From: Planctomycetota bacterium
GTDB taxonomy: Bacteria > Planctomycetota > UBA1135 > UBA2386
Direction of reading: 5' to 3'
Assembly: GCA_016873195.1 (NCBI GenBank)
Contig: VGXW01000001.1
Coordinates: 4,645 to 68,644 of the forward strand
Length of the DNA stretch: 64,000 nt
Shown here: positions 44,233 through 53,784 of the stretch, one piece after another
How positions within the stretch are numbered: position 1 is the first letter of the stretch
How the letters are laid out: each line of letters opens with the position of its first letter
The notes under the pieces: generated by a model
The model's input: only the letters and a program-made list of their open reading frames with translations
Database searches by the model: none
What the model was told of the DNA's origin: nothing
Made by a program: the position numbers and the translations under genes

Positions 44233-44514
44233 GCGGCAAGAAGGCGAGGAGAGGTGTTTCTAGTCGGGTGGGGGGCGGTGGATACGGGATGCCCTGTGGC
44301 TGTATCGGCAGGCGGGCCGGGCGGCCCCTACATCGGCGAAAGAGCGAACGCGTGGCGATCGTGACAGGGGATTCCCACGAGGACCCGGCCATCCCCCGGC
44401 GGCAGGAACTGGCGATGCTGTCCACCGAACCCGTCCTGTGGGCAAGTCGGTGGAGAGAGTATGGGTTCGGGGTGGAAAGCCCGTGCAGATTCCGGTGGAG
44501 ATCGGCGCCGGGCT
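44233..44514 (-). other. 282-nt structured, comparatively AT-rich leader/intergenic region inside the EPS gene string
   Basis: It lies between the Wzy-like stop (44515) and the priming transferase start (44232). Complementary arms at 44422-44433 (ccaccgaacccg) and 44463-44475 (gggttcggggtgg) can pair. Five CCACC motifs occur on the transcribed strand. Confidence 0.3.
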
Positions 44515-45858
44515 TCAGGAGGGCACCAGGATCCCCTGGTGCCGGGCCTGCAACTCCGGCGACGCACCCGGCACCAGCGTCAGCGAGGCGCAGGCCGCGA
44601 GCGTCACTTGCCACAGGACCACGGTCTGCTCGAAGTAGGACACGGCGATGAAGTTCATGCAGTGCATGAACATCGCGGTGCCCAGCGACCACGCGATCAA
44701 CCTGGTGCTGCGCGGCAGCAGCGGCGAACGCAGCGTGCGCGAGATGCCGGCGAACGCGAACCAGATGCAGAGCACGAAGGCCAGCAGGCGCGCGAGTCCG
44801 CCGGTCACCCCTTCGGCGACGAACTGGTTCGTCACGTCGTGCAGTCCCGGTCCCCAGTGCCCGGTCGCGGGCGTGCCGAGCAACCACCACTCGCCGACCC
44901 GTTCGAAGAACTTGTCGACCAGATGGTAGCGGTGCCAGCCCGTCGAGCCGCCGACGACGTCCACGCGCGCGAGCAGATGCCAGACGGGCATCTTCATCAG
45001 CAGGAAGTGCAGCACGCAGAGCCACGCGAGCACGAGCCAACGCAACCACCGCAGCGCGCCGCGCACGAAGTAGGCCACTGCGCCGACGAGGCCGAACAGC
45101 ACGGCCATCACGGGCGTGCTCGAGGCGCACAGCACCACGATCGCCAGCGCCGCGGCGGTGCCGCAGGCGGGCAGGATCCAGCCGCGGCCCAGCCAGCCGC
45201 GCACCAGGAAGAACGGCACGAGGCAGGCCCAGAAGCAGCCTGCGAGGATCGAGTGGGCGAAGGCGCCCTGGCAGCGCAGCCGCCCGTCGCGCACCTCGGT
45301 GAACTGCGGCACGCCGCCGAACACGTGGAACATGTTCTGCTGCGTGCGGTTCTCGACGAGGAAGAACACCAGCACCACGAAGCCGCACAGCAGGAACTGC
45401 ACGGCGATCCGGAGCAGGTCGCCCGCGGTCTGGATCCACGCCCGGAAGAAGAAGTAGACCATCATCGCGTCGACGGCGATGCCGAGCCGGTTCACCAGGA
45501 CCGACAGCGTCATGCCCTGCAGCGTGCCGAACACCGCCGCGACGACGGCCCACGCGACCATCGCGCGGTCGAGGTGGTTCCAGGCGATGGGCGTCGTTTC
45601 GCCGCGCAGCAGCAGCCGCAGCCAGATCGCCGCCATCAGCAGGCGCACGAACGTGAAGTCGATCGTGGCGATCACGATGCGCTGCCCGGCAGGGATGAAG
45701 CACAGCAGCAGGATCACGGGCAGGGTGGCCCACCGGCGCGGCGCCAGGATCGCCATCACCGACAGCAGCGCGAGCATGGCGGCGCCCACCGGGTGCACGG
45801 CGGTGACGTTGCCGAAGTCGTGCCCCGCCTGCGCGGGAACGTCGGGATCCTGGATCAT
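44515..45858 (-). CDS. O-antigen ligase/polymerase-family (Wzy-like) integral membrane protein
   Basis: ATG 45858 (MIQDPDV...). About 10-12 hydrophobic segments and a large loop with RLRCQGAFAHSILAG, as in the Wzy_C family. Confidence 0.7.
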   Translation of the reverse strand: MIQDPDVPAQAGHDFGNVTAVHPVGAAMLALLSVMAILAPRRWATLPVILLLCFIPAGQRIVIATIDFTFVRLLMAAIWLRLLLRGETTPIAWNHLDRAMVAWAVVAAVFGTLQGMTLSVLVNRLGIAVDAMMVYFFFRAWIQTAGDLLRIAVQFLLCGFVVLVFFLVENRTQQNMFHVFGGVPQFTEVRDGRLRCQGAFAHSILAGCFWACLVPFFLVRGWLGRGWILPACGTAAALAIVVLCASSTPVMAVLFGLVGAVAYFVRGALRWLRWLVLAWLCVLHFLLMKMPVWHLLARVDVVGGSTGWHRYHLVDKFFERVGEWWLLGTPATGHWGPGLHDVTNQFVAEGVTGGLARLLAFVLCIWFAFAGISRTLRSPLLPRSTRLIAWSLGTAMFMHCMNFIAVSYFEQTVVLWQVTLAACASLTLVPGASPELQARHQGILVPS

Positions 45859-46022
45859 CGCCAGCACGTGGGCTCTGCTCGGCCATCGGGGCGGCCCGGC
45901 TCGACGCGCTCCGCCGCGCGCCCTCGGGCCGTGGGTCCGGACCGCCGCGGCACGAGGATCCCCGCGCGGGGGCCGCGAGTCCAGCCGGCAGCGCGCGGCA
46001 GACGCGGCCCGGCCGCGCCACG

Positions 46023-46850
46023 ATGCTGGCGCCCGCGCGGCTGCGCTCCTACCCTGCCCGCGTGACTTCGACGTTCCTCCGTGATCCGGGTGGCCGGGAT
46101 TCCCCGGCCGGCTCCATCTGCCCCGCACGCCGCCACCGCTGGTCTCCGGTCGCCGCCGTGCTGTTGCTGTTCGCCGCGTGCTCCTCCGCGCCGCCGTTCG
46201 ACGCGAAGGCCGTCGCCGCCGAATGGGCCGCCTACATGCAGCGCGACTACGTGCTGCGCCCGGGCGACCGCCTGTCGGTGCTGGTCGAGCAACTGCGGCC
46301 GGACCAGGCCCAGGGGGCGCTGCGCGACGCCGTGCAGGAGGTCGTCGTCTCGCCGACCGGCACGATCGACCTGCGGCAGCTGCCGGGGCCCCTGCAGGTG
46401 GGCGGCAGGTCGGTCGGCGCGACGCGCACGCTGGTCGCCGAGGCCTACAAGTTCCTCGCCGCGGAGCCGAAGGTCACCGTGACCCTGATCGAGGCCGCGG
46501 CCCAGTCCGTCTTCGTGTGCGGCGAGGTGCACCGCCCCGGTCCCATCGTCTTCCAGCCGGGGCTGACGATGACGCAGGCGATCGCCGCGGCGGGCAGCTT
46601 CATCCACACGGTCAAACACTCCGACATCCGCGTGCTGCGCATCCACCCGGACGGTTCGCAGCGCACGTTCCGGGTCAACATGGACGCCGTGCTGCTCGAC
46701 CAGCAGCCCGACTTCCTGCTGCTGCCCGGCGACGTCGTCTACGCGCAGACCTCGGGCATCGCCGACGCCGGCAACTGGGTCGACCTCTGGATCCGGCGGC
46801 TGTTGCCGTTCTCGATCGGTGGCCCGGCGATCGGCACCATCCAAAACTGA
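46023..46850 (+). CDS. Polysaccharide export protein (Wza-like: Poly_export + SLBB)
   Basis: YVLRPGDRLSVLV...VVVSPTGTIDLRQLPGPLQVGGRSV...VTVTLIEAAAQSVFVCGEVHRPGPIVF..GLTMTQAIAAAGSF. The start is uncertain (ATG 46023 or GTG 46062). Confidence 0.75.
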   Translation: MLAPARLRSYPARVTSTFLRDPGGRDSPAGSICPARRHRWSPVAAVLLLFAACSSAPPFDAKAVAAEWAAYMQRDYVLRPGDRLSVLVEQLRPDQAQGALRDAVQEVVVSPTGTIDLRQLPGPLQVGGRSVGATRTLVAEAYKFLAAEPKVTVTLIEAAAQSVFVCGEVHRPGPIVFQPGLTMTQAIAAAGSFIHTVKHSDIRVLRIHPDGSQRTFRVNMDAVLLDQQPDFLLLPGDVVYAQTSGIADAGNWVDLWIRRLLPFSIGGPAIGTIQN

Positions 46851-46875
46851 GCGGGCCGTCCGCCCGGGAACCTGG

Positions 46876-48108
46876 ATGACCGCCGCCGCCAGCCTCCTGC
46901 GCGTCTGCATGGTCGTGCACGCCTACTACGAGGGCGACGCGCGCGTGCGGCGCTACGCGGAGTCGCTGGCCGCGGCCGGGCACGCCGTCGACGTGCTCGC
47001 GCTGCGCGCCCCCGGCAGACCGGTGCGCGAGGAACTGCGCGGCGTCGCCGTGCAGCGCCTGCCGCTGTCGCGCCGGCGCGGCGGAGCCCTGCGCTATCTG
47101 TTCGAGTACGTGCGGTTCACGCTGCTGTGCGGCTGCGTGCTCGCGTGGCGCGCGCGCCGCTACGACCTCGTGCACGTGCACAACATGCCCGACTTCCTCG
47201 TGTTCGCGGCGCTGCTGCCGCGCCTGTGCGGCCGGACCGTGCTGCTCGACGTGCACGACCTGATGCCCGAGGTCTACTGCAGCAAGTTCAAGACCGGCGT
47301 GCGGCACCCGGGCCTCTGGCCGATGCGCGCGCAGGAATGGCTGTCGCACCGCTTCGCGAGCGCCTGTTGCTTCGCGACCGAACGGTTCCGGCGCGTCGCG
47401 ATCGACCGCGGCACGGTGCGCGAGGCGGACTCGATCGCGGTGCTGAACGCGGCGGACACGACGCTGTTCGACCGGCGCCGGCACCCGTGGTCGGGCCCCG
47501 GGCCCGGTGCCTTCGTGATGCTCTACCTCGGCACCGTGTCGCACCGGCACGGCGTCGACCAGTGCGTGCGCGTGCTGCCGCTGTTGCGCGAACGGATCCC
47601 GGGCCTCGTGCTCGTGGTCCACGCCAAGCTCTCCGAGGCGGAGGGCCGGCCGATGCAGGAACTGCAGGACCTGGCGCGCGAGCTCGGCGTCGCGGACCTC
47701 GTCGAGATCCGGCCGCCGCTCCTGCTGCAGGACGTGCCGGCCGCGATGAGCCGCGCGTCGGTCGGCGTGTTCACGCCGCACCTCGACGTGCACATCGACA
47801 TGGCGCTGTCGCTGAAGGTGCCCGAGTTCGTCGCGATGGGCGTGCCGGTGGTCGCCGTGCGCACCTCGATCATGACCTCGCTGTTCGCCGAGGACGAAGT
47901 GGCGATGTTCGCCGACGGCGACCTGCCGGCGTTCGCCGACTGGCTCGCGCGGCTCGCCGCCGACCCGGCGCTGGGCCGCGCCATGGCGGAACGAGCGGCG
48001 CGGTTCACGCGCGAGCACGCGTGGGAGAACGAGTTCGCCGGCTACGTGCGGCTGCTGGAGCGGCTGCTGCGGCGGCCGGTCGCGGCGCGCCCGGTGGGCC
48101 CGACGTGA
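46876..48108 (+). CDS. Family-4 (GT-B) glycosyltransferase
   Basis: ATG 46876. LRVCMVVHAYYEGDARVRRYAESLAAAGHAVDVL...LVHVHNMPDFLVF...GTVSHRHGVD...E(x7)E-type C-terminal region. Confidence 0.8.
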   Translation: MTAAASLLRVCMVVHAYYEGDARVRRYAESLAAAGHAVDVLALRAPGRPVREELRGVAVQRLPLSRRRGGALRYLFEYVRFTLLCGCVLAWRARRYDLVHVHNMPDFLVFAALLPRLCGRTVLLDVHDLMPEVYCSKFKTGVRHPGLWPMRAQEWLSHRFASACCFATERFRRVAIDRGTVREADSIAVLNAADTTLFDRRRHPWSGPGPGAFVMLYLGTVSHRHGVDQCVRVLPLLRERIPGLVLVVHAKLSEAEGRPMQELQDLARELGVADLVEIRPPLLLQDVPAAMSRASVGVFTPHLDVHIDMALSLKVPEFVAMGVPVVAVRTSIMTSLFAEDEVAMFADGDLPAFADWLARLAADPALGRAMAERAARFTREHAWENEFAGYVRLLERLLRRPVAARPVGPT

Positions 48109-48186
48109 CGCATCGTCCGCCGGGGGGCTTGGGCGCGGGTTCCGCGGGCCGTACGATGCCCGGGTTTCCTGCCACGAGGTGAAACG

Positions 48187-48654
48187 ATGCGGCCATTCGC
48201 CGTGCTCGCCGTCTCCTGCCTGCTCGTCGCTTTCGCGCCTGCCCAGTTCGCCGGTCCCGGCCTGTCGTGGTCGGGCAGTTCGGGCGGCAACGCGCGCTCC
48301 TTCGTGCCGAGCTGCACGAACCTGCCCGTCGCCGCCGTGCCCGGCGAGACGGTCACGGTGACCGTCTGGGGCGACGTGCTGTCGCCGTTCGTGCTGCTGG
48401 CGGCGTGGAGCGGCACGCAGTGCGTGCAGTTCCCGGGGGTCGGCAACGGCCTGATCCTCGATCCGCCGGTGCTGACCGTCACGTGCGGCGTGCTGACGCA
48501 GACGACGCCGTGCCTGTCGTGTCCGCCGGGGCTCGAGCCGCTGCCGTTCGTGCTGCCCGCCTGGCTGCCGGCCGGCACCGCGCTCGCGCTGCAGGGCGGC
48601 GCGTTCGGCTCGGGCCAGCCGTCGTTCACGATCGCGATCACCGGACGGGTCTGA
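48187..48654 (+). CDS. Small secreted Cys-containing protein, unknown function
   Basis: Signal peptide MRPFAVLAVSCLLVAFAPAQ. The 155-aa mature part is weakly reminiscent of the C-terminal domain of the repeat protein at 24940-25359. Confidence 0.45.
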   Translation: MRPFAVLAVSCLLVAFAPAQFAGPGLSWSGSSGGNARSFVPSCTNLPVAAVPGETVTVTVWGDVLSPFVLLAAWSGTQCVQFPGVGNGLILDPPVLTVTCGVLTQTTPCLSCPPGLEPLPFVLPAWLPAGTALALQGGAFGSGQPSFTIAITGRV

Positions 48655-48669
48655 TCGCCCCTCCGGCCG

Positions 48670-50175
48670 TCACAGGCCGAAGAAGCGCCGGATGCGCTGC
48701 ACCAGCTCGCCGGCACCCTTCTGCACCGCCGCCTTCTTCTCGGGCGCGGCATCCTGCAGTTCCTGCAGCGCGCGCAGGCCTTGCCGCCGCGCCTCGACGA
48801 TCTCGGCCATCTCCTGCGCGAGCCCGGGCCGCCGCGCCAGCATCGCGTGCAGCGCGGCCTTGTGGATCACCAGCACGGCGAGGTCGTCGACGGCGGTCAC
48901 GCTCGCGGAGCGCACGTCGCCGGTCAGCAGCGCCATCTCGCCGAAGAACTCGCCGCGCGACAGGCGCGCGACCTCGCGCTCGGCGTCGTTGTCGGTGCGC
49001 ACGGTGACGATCGCGGTGCCCTCGAGCACGACGTACATCGCGTCGCCGGGGTCGCCCTGGTGCACGACGCGCTCGCCGCGGCCGAACTCGAGCCGTTCGC
49101 AGTCGAGCGACATCTGCTCGAGTTCCTCGGGCGACAGCGGCACGAACACCGGCACGCTGTTCAGCACGTCGACCGCGCGGTGCTTGACGACCGGCTTGGG
49201 CATGGTCTGCCGGTACTCGTAGTTGACGCTGATCGGGAACGGGATCGACAGCCGGTTGCGTTTGGCGGCGTACCAGACGCGCGTCATGAACTCGTCGTTG
49301 ATCTCCTGCACGCGCGGGTAGTCGTCGATGAAGAAGCGCACCTGGTACTCGATCGAATACGCGGCGTAGTTGACCGTGCGCACGGCCGGCTGCGGCTCGG
49401 TCAGCACGCCGCGCGTGCTGCGCACCACGGACAGCAGCACGCGCTTGACCTTGTTCGGCGGGTCGTCGTACGAGAAGCCGAACACGGGGCTCTCGGCGTG
49501 CGCGCGCGTCGGCCGCGAGATGTTGACCAGCGTCTCCTTGCCGATCACCGAGTTCGGGATCACGACCATGTCGCGCGCGCGCGTGCGCACGCGGACCGAG
49601 CGCCAGTTCATCTCGACGACCTCGCCGGTCAGCGAGCCGACGGTGATCCAGTCGCCGACCTCGAACGGCCGCTCGAACATCACCGCGATGCCCGCCATCA
49701 CGTTGTCGAGCGTGTTCTGCAGCGCGAAGCCGAGCACGATCGAGCTGACGCCGACCGCGGTCAGCATGCCGCCGAGGTCCTTGTCCCAGACGCCGGCGAC
49801 GACGAAGCAGCCGCCGACCAGCACCAGGATCAGCCGCAGGATGTCGATCAGCAGCTTCGGGTAGCGCGCGGCGAACGTGTTGCCCTCGCGGCGCATCAGC
49901 GCCGTGTTGGTCACGAACGACAGCGCGACCAGGATGCCGGCGAGCCACAGCAGCGTCTCGACGATGCGCAGCGGCGTGCCCTGCGGATCCCAATGCAGGC
50001 CGCGCCACCCCACGAGGTAGAGCAGCAGCGCGGGCAGCACGAGCCCGCGCACCATGCGCACCGTGCCGCGCAGCGGGTGCTGGCGGCGGTCGAGTCCGCG
50101 CGCGAGCGTGGTCGCGAGAAGGGCCAACGCGAGCCAGCCGAGCACGTACAGGGCGATCTCGAGCCAGGGTTCCAC
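48670..50175 (-). CDS. MscS-family mechanosensitive channel with C-terminal cyclic-nucleotide-binding domain (bCNG-type)
   Basis: TM region plus MscS beta-domain (FERPFEVGDWITVGSLTGEVVEMNWRSVRVRT). cNMP-binding domain (GERVVHQGDPGDAMYVVLEG...GEFFGEMALLTGDVRSASV). Confidence 0.85.
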   Translation of the reverse strand: MEPWLEIALYVLGWLALALLATTLARGLDRRQHPLRGTVRMVRGLVLPALLLYLVGWRGLHWDPQGTPLRIVETLLWLAGILVALSFVTNTALMRREGNTFAARYPKLLIDILRLILVLVGGCFVVAGVWDKDLGGMLTAVGVSSIVLGFALQNTLDNVMAGIAVMFERPFEVGDWITVGSLTGEVVEMNWRSVRVRTRARDMVVIPNSVIGKETLVNISRPTRAHAESPVFGFSYDDPPNKVKRVLLSVVRSTRGVLTEPQPAVRTVNYAAYSIEYQVRFFIDDYPRVQEINDEFMTRVWYAAKRNRLSIPFPISVNYEYRQTMPKPVVKHRAVDVLNSVPVFVPLSPEELEQMSLDCERLEFGRGERVVHQGDPGDAMYVVLEGTAIVTVRTDNDAEREVARLSRGEFFGEMALLTGDVRSASVTAVDDLAVLVIHKAALHAMLARRPGLAQEMAEIVEARRQGLRALQELQDAAPEKKAAVQKGAGELVQRIRRFFGL

Positions 50176-50195
50176 GGGTTCCTCCGGGCGGCGGG

Positions 50196-51080
50196 TCAGC
50201 CCCTGGTGGCGGCGAGGTAACGCTGCCGGCGCGCCGCGGCGGCGGCGGGGTCGCCGGCGAACGGCAGCGGCGGGCCGAGCGCGGCCGTGCGGTCCTGCGG
50301 GGCCGGGTGGGTCGAGAACATGCCGCCCTGCCCGCCCTCACCCTGCATGTTGCCGAGCACGCGCGCGAGCGCCTGCGGGTCGTAGCCGGTGTTGGCCAGG
50401 AACTCGCGGCCGAGCGCGTCGGCCTGTTCTTCCGACTCGCGCGAGTAGCCGCTCGTCACGAGCGTCTGCACGATGTCGTCGATCGAACCGTCGAACAGGT
50501 CCGTCAGCGCGTCGAGGTCCTCCTTGCTCATCGTCGCCTGCGCCGCGCCGGCGCCGAGGTAGGTGAACGCCTGCGCGAGGTTCGCCTTCTGGATCGCCGC
50601 GACGCCGTGTTGCAGCGTCACGTGCGCGATCTCGTGCGCGAGCACCGCGGCGAGTTCGTCCTCCGAGCGCGTCTTGGCGATCAGGCCCTTCGACAAGAGG
50701 ATCAGACCGCCCGGGCACGCGAACGCGTTGACCTCGTCGGTCGCGAGCACCGCGAAGCGGTAGTCGAGGAACGGCCGGCGCACCTTGTCGTTGGTGCCGA
50801 CGATCGCATGGCCGATGCGGTTCACGTAGGCCGTCAGCCGTTCGTCGTCGCTGATCTGGTAGCCGGGCATCGCCAGGATCTGCGCCCCGACCGAGCGGCC
50901 GATGAAGTGGGGTTCGCTCGGGTCGAGGTCCTGGAACGACTTGCGCAGGCGGTTCATGCCGCGGAACAGTTTGCCCTCGGCGGTGCTCTCGTCGGTCGCC
51001 TGCTCGAGCGCGTCGAGCACGGCGGCGCAGGCCGCGAGCGGCAGCGCGCAGAACACGAACAACAGCAGCAGGCGGCGCAT
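50196..51080 (-). CDS. M48-family Zn metallopeptidase (secreted/lipoprotein)
   Basis: ATG 51080. Signal LLLLFVFCALPLAACAA. The motifs NAFACPGG...LAAVLAHEIAHV include HExxH. Confidence 0.8.
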   Translation of the reverse strand: MRRLLLLFVFCALPLAACAAVLDALEQATDESTAEGKLFRGMNRLRKSFQDLDPSEPHFIGRSVGAQILAMPGYQISDDERLTAYVNRIGHAIVGTNDKVRRPFLDYRFAVLATDEVNAFACPGGLILLSKGLIAKTRSEDELAAVLAHEIAHVTLQHGVAAIQKANLAQAFTYLGAGAAQATMSKEDLDALTDLFDGSIDDIVQTLVTSGYSRESEEQADALGREFLANTGYDPQALARVLGNMQGEGGQGGMFSTHPAPQDRTAALGPPLPFAGDPAAAAARRQRYLAATRG

Positions 51081-51568
51081 CACCGGCCCTCCTGCAGCAG
51101 CCCGCCCTCGGTCAGGAAGCGCTGCACGTCGGTTTCGGGCGTGGCGCGCGCTTGCAGCCGGTCGACGAGCTGGAAGGCCGCCTCGAGGTTCGGGTTCTTG
51201 CCGCGGTAGTTCTGCTCGACCTGCGGGTTGAAGCCCTTGCGCGCGGCCGACGTCTCCGACGCGGAGTAGTTCTCGCGCACGCCCTGGCCCGACAGCCGCA
51301 CGTCGGGGTTCGTCGACACGTCGGTCTCGTGCAGCCAGCCGGCCAACTGGCCGGACCTGACCCGGAGCCACGCGCCGTCGCGCCGCTCGAAGGCGAGCTT
51401 GTCGCCCTCGCGCAGATCGGCGACCGGCGCGGCGAACATCTTCTTCTGCGCGCGCAGCTTCGTCGTCCTGCGCGTGACGGTCAGGATGGCGCCCGGGTCC
51501 TGCGGCGTGTCCGCCGCGAGCAGGGTCAAGATCACGAACAGGCCGACGGCCCGCGTGGGCAGCTTCAT
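51080..51568 (-). CDS. Secreted SH3-like domain protein
   Basis: MKLPTRAVGLFVILTLLAA signal. A bacterial SH3-like stretch is present (LRAQKKMFAAPVADLREGDKLAFERRDGAWLRVRSGQLAGWLHETDV). Its stop overlaps the M48 start by 1 nt. Confidence 0.55.
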   Translation of the reverse strand: MKLPTRAVGLFVILTLLAADTPQDPGAILTVTRRTTKLRAQKKMFAAPVADLREGDKLAFERRDGAWLRVRSGQLAGWLHETDVSTNPDVRLSGQGVRENYSASETSAARKGFNPQVEQNYRGKNPNLEAAFQLVDRLQARATPETDVQRFLTEGGLLQEGR

Positions 51569-51634
51569 GGCGGGGCACAATAGCGAGCGCGCGGCGCCGC
51601 GCGAGCCCGCGGGTGGCGCCCGCGCCGGGCGCCG

Positions 51635-53740
51635 TCACTTCTTGTCGAGGCGGAACTCGCCGTCGAACGAGGGATCCTGCAGCTTCTCGAGCCACAGCGC
51701 CGCGAGTCCGTCGCCGGGCCGCAGCTCGAGGCACCGCTCGAGACCGGCGCGCGTTGCTCCGCGGTCGCCGGCGCGCAGCGCGTCGAGGGCGCCGCGCCAG
51801 GCGTCGGCGAAGGCGAGCGTCGCCGCGTCGGCTGCGGCGCGCAGCGCCAGCGGTTCGTAGACGCGGATCGGCGCCTGCCGGCCGACGACGCCGATGCGGC
51901 CGACCTCGCGGCCGACCACGTCGGCAGCGGCCATCGCCCACGCCGTCTCGCTGGCGAGGCACTGCGTGCCGAACGCCTTGTTGGCGCCCTCGAGCCGCGC
52001 CGCGAGGTTCACGGTGTCGCCGATCGCCGTGTAGTCGAAGCGGTCGGCCGAGCCCATGTTGCCGATCACCGCGGGGCCCGTGTGCACGCCGATGCGCGTC
52101 GCGATGCCCGGGATGCCGCGCGCCTCTGCCTCGGCGGCGATCTGCCGGCTCACCTGCAGCGCCCGCACCGCGGCGCGCACCGCGGCGCGGCCGTGGTCGT
52201 CGGTCGCGACCGGCGCGCCGAAGAAGGCCATGATCGCGTCGCCGATGAACTTGTCGACGACGCCGTGTTCGGCGAGCACGGGCTTGCACATGCGCGTGAA
52301 ATAGTCGTTCAGGAAGGCGACCAGTTCGTGCGGCTGGCAGCGTTCCGAGAGTCCCGTGAAGCCCTGCAGGTCGGTGAACAGGAGCGTGACGTCGCGCAGT
52401 TCGCCGCCGAGCCGCAGCGCCTGCGGGTCGCGCAGCACCTCGGCCAGCACCTCGGGTGCGAGGTAGCTCTGGAACGCGCGCCGCATCTCGCGCTTCTGCC
52501 GGCCCTCGACGACGAGGCGCCACAGGAACGAGCCGACGGCCGACGTGCCGCCGGCGAGCGCGGGCGCGGCGACCGGCACCGCGAGCAGCGACAGCCAGGT
52601 CCAGGCGACGAGGCCGAGGCCGAGCAGCAGCAGCAGCCCCAGCGCGGCCAGCGGGGCGAGCGCGCCGGGCAGCAGGAACACCGCCGCGGTGCCGAGCGCG
52701 GCGGCGGCGGCGGCGAGCGGCAGGTCCCACGCGGGCGCGCGCAGCGCGTCGCCGCGCAGCAGGTTGTCGATCGCCGTCGCGTGCAGTTCGACGCCGGGGA
52801 AGCGTTCGCTGAGCGGGGTCTGGTGCGCGTCCTCGTAACCCTCGGCGTGCACGCCGATCAGCACGATCCTGTCGCGGAAGGTCTCCGGCGGGTAGCGCGG
52901 CGCCTCGCCGGGTTCGGCCTGCGCCGCCAGCAGCACGTTGACGAACTTGACCTTCGGGAACGTGAACTCGGGTCCGCGGAAGTTCAGCAGCATGCGCGCG
53001 CCGGGACCGGCGGCCACCGTGGGACCACCGGGCAGACCGATGGCGCCGGCCTGCACCTCGAACTCCCTGGCGGCCGTGCCCGCGAGCGCCGCCGCGGCCG
53101 CCAGCGACGGGAAGACCTTCGCCGGTTCTTCCTTCGGGCCCCACAGGCGCAGCAGGTCGTAGCGGCGGAACGTCTTGTCGGCGTCCGGGCGGATGTTGAC
53201 GAAACCGAGCCGGTCGGCGCCGGCGACGAGTTCCGGCAGCGGCAGCACGACGCCGCGTTCGCGCGTCCGCGCGAGCGCTTCAGCACCGCCGAGGCCCTGC
53301 GCGGCGAACGCCGCGGTCTCCGCGGCGTCGCGGCCGTCCTCGCGGAAGTCGACGAACTTCATCGCCAGCACGTCGCCGCGCCCGCCGGCCAGTGCGTTGC
53401 CGAACTCGGTGTCGCCGGCGGCGCTGCCGCGCTGGTCGAACAAGAGGTCGAAGACCACCGCGCGCGCGCCGGCATCGCGCAGGTGCTGCAGCACCGGCGC
53501 GTAGACGTCGCGCGGCCACGGCCACGAGAAGCCGCCCTCCTTCTCGGCGTAGTCCAGCGACTCCTGGTCGATCCACGCGATCACGACGTCGTCGCCGGGC
53601 GCCACGCGGCCGAGGCCGGTCGCATAGCGCGCGTCGAGCAGCAGCAGCTCGAGCCGTTCGACGGCGCCGAGCGGCAGCAGGGCCAGCACCAGCACGAAGC
53701 CCGACAGGGCGCAGAGACAGGCGGCGACCGGGCGGCGCAT
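51635..53740 (-). CDS. CHASE2-domain membrane adenylate/guanylate cyclase (class III)
   Basis: ATG 53740. The CHASE2-like N-terminal part has VVIAWIDQESL...RAVVFDLLF, followed by TM segments. The cyclase domain has VTLLFTDLQGFTGLSE...KFIGDAIMAFFGAP...RIGVHTGPAVIGNMGS..RFDYTAIGDTVNLAARLE. Confidence 0.85.
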   Translation of the reverse strand: MRRPVAACLCALSGFVLVLALLPLGAVERLELLLLDARYATGLGRVAPGDDVVIAWIDQESLDYAEKEGGFSWPWPRDVYAPVLQHLRDAGARAVVFDLLFDQRGSAAGDTEFGNALAGGRGDVLAMKFVDFREDGRDAAETAAFAAQGLGGAEALARTRERGVVLPLPELVAGADRLGFVNIRPDADKTFRRYDLLRLWGPKEEPAKVFPSLAAAAALAGTAAREFEVQAGAIGLPGGPTVAAGPGARMLLNFRGPEFTFPKVKFVNVLLAAQAEPGEAPRYPPETFRDRIVLIGVHAEGYEDAHQTPLSERFPGVELHATAIDNLLRGDALRAPAWDLPLAAAAAALGTAAVFLLPGALAPLAALGLLLLLGLGLVAWTWLSLLAVPVAAPALAGGTSAVGSFLWRLVVEGRQKREMRRAFQSYLAPEVLAEVLRDPQALRLGGELRDVTLLFTDLQGFTGLSERCQPHELVAFLNDYFTRMCKPVLAEHGVVDKFIGDAIMAFFGAPVATDDHGRAAVRAAVRALQVSRQIAAEAEARGIPGIATRIGVHTGPAVIGNMGSADRFDYTAIGDTVNLAARLEGANKAFGTQCLASETAWAMAAADVVGREVGRIGVVGRQAPIRVYEPLALRAAADAATLAFADAWRGALDALRAGDRGATRAGLERCLELRPGDGLAALWLEKLQDPSFDGEFRLDKK

Positions 53741-53784
53741 GCGCGGGTTGTAGCCGGAGCTGCGCGCGGCGGCGCCTGCCCCGT

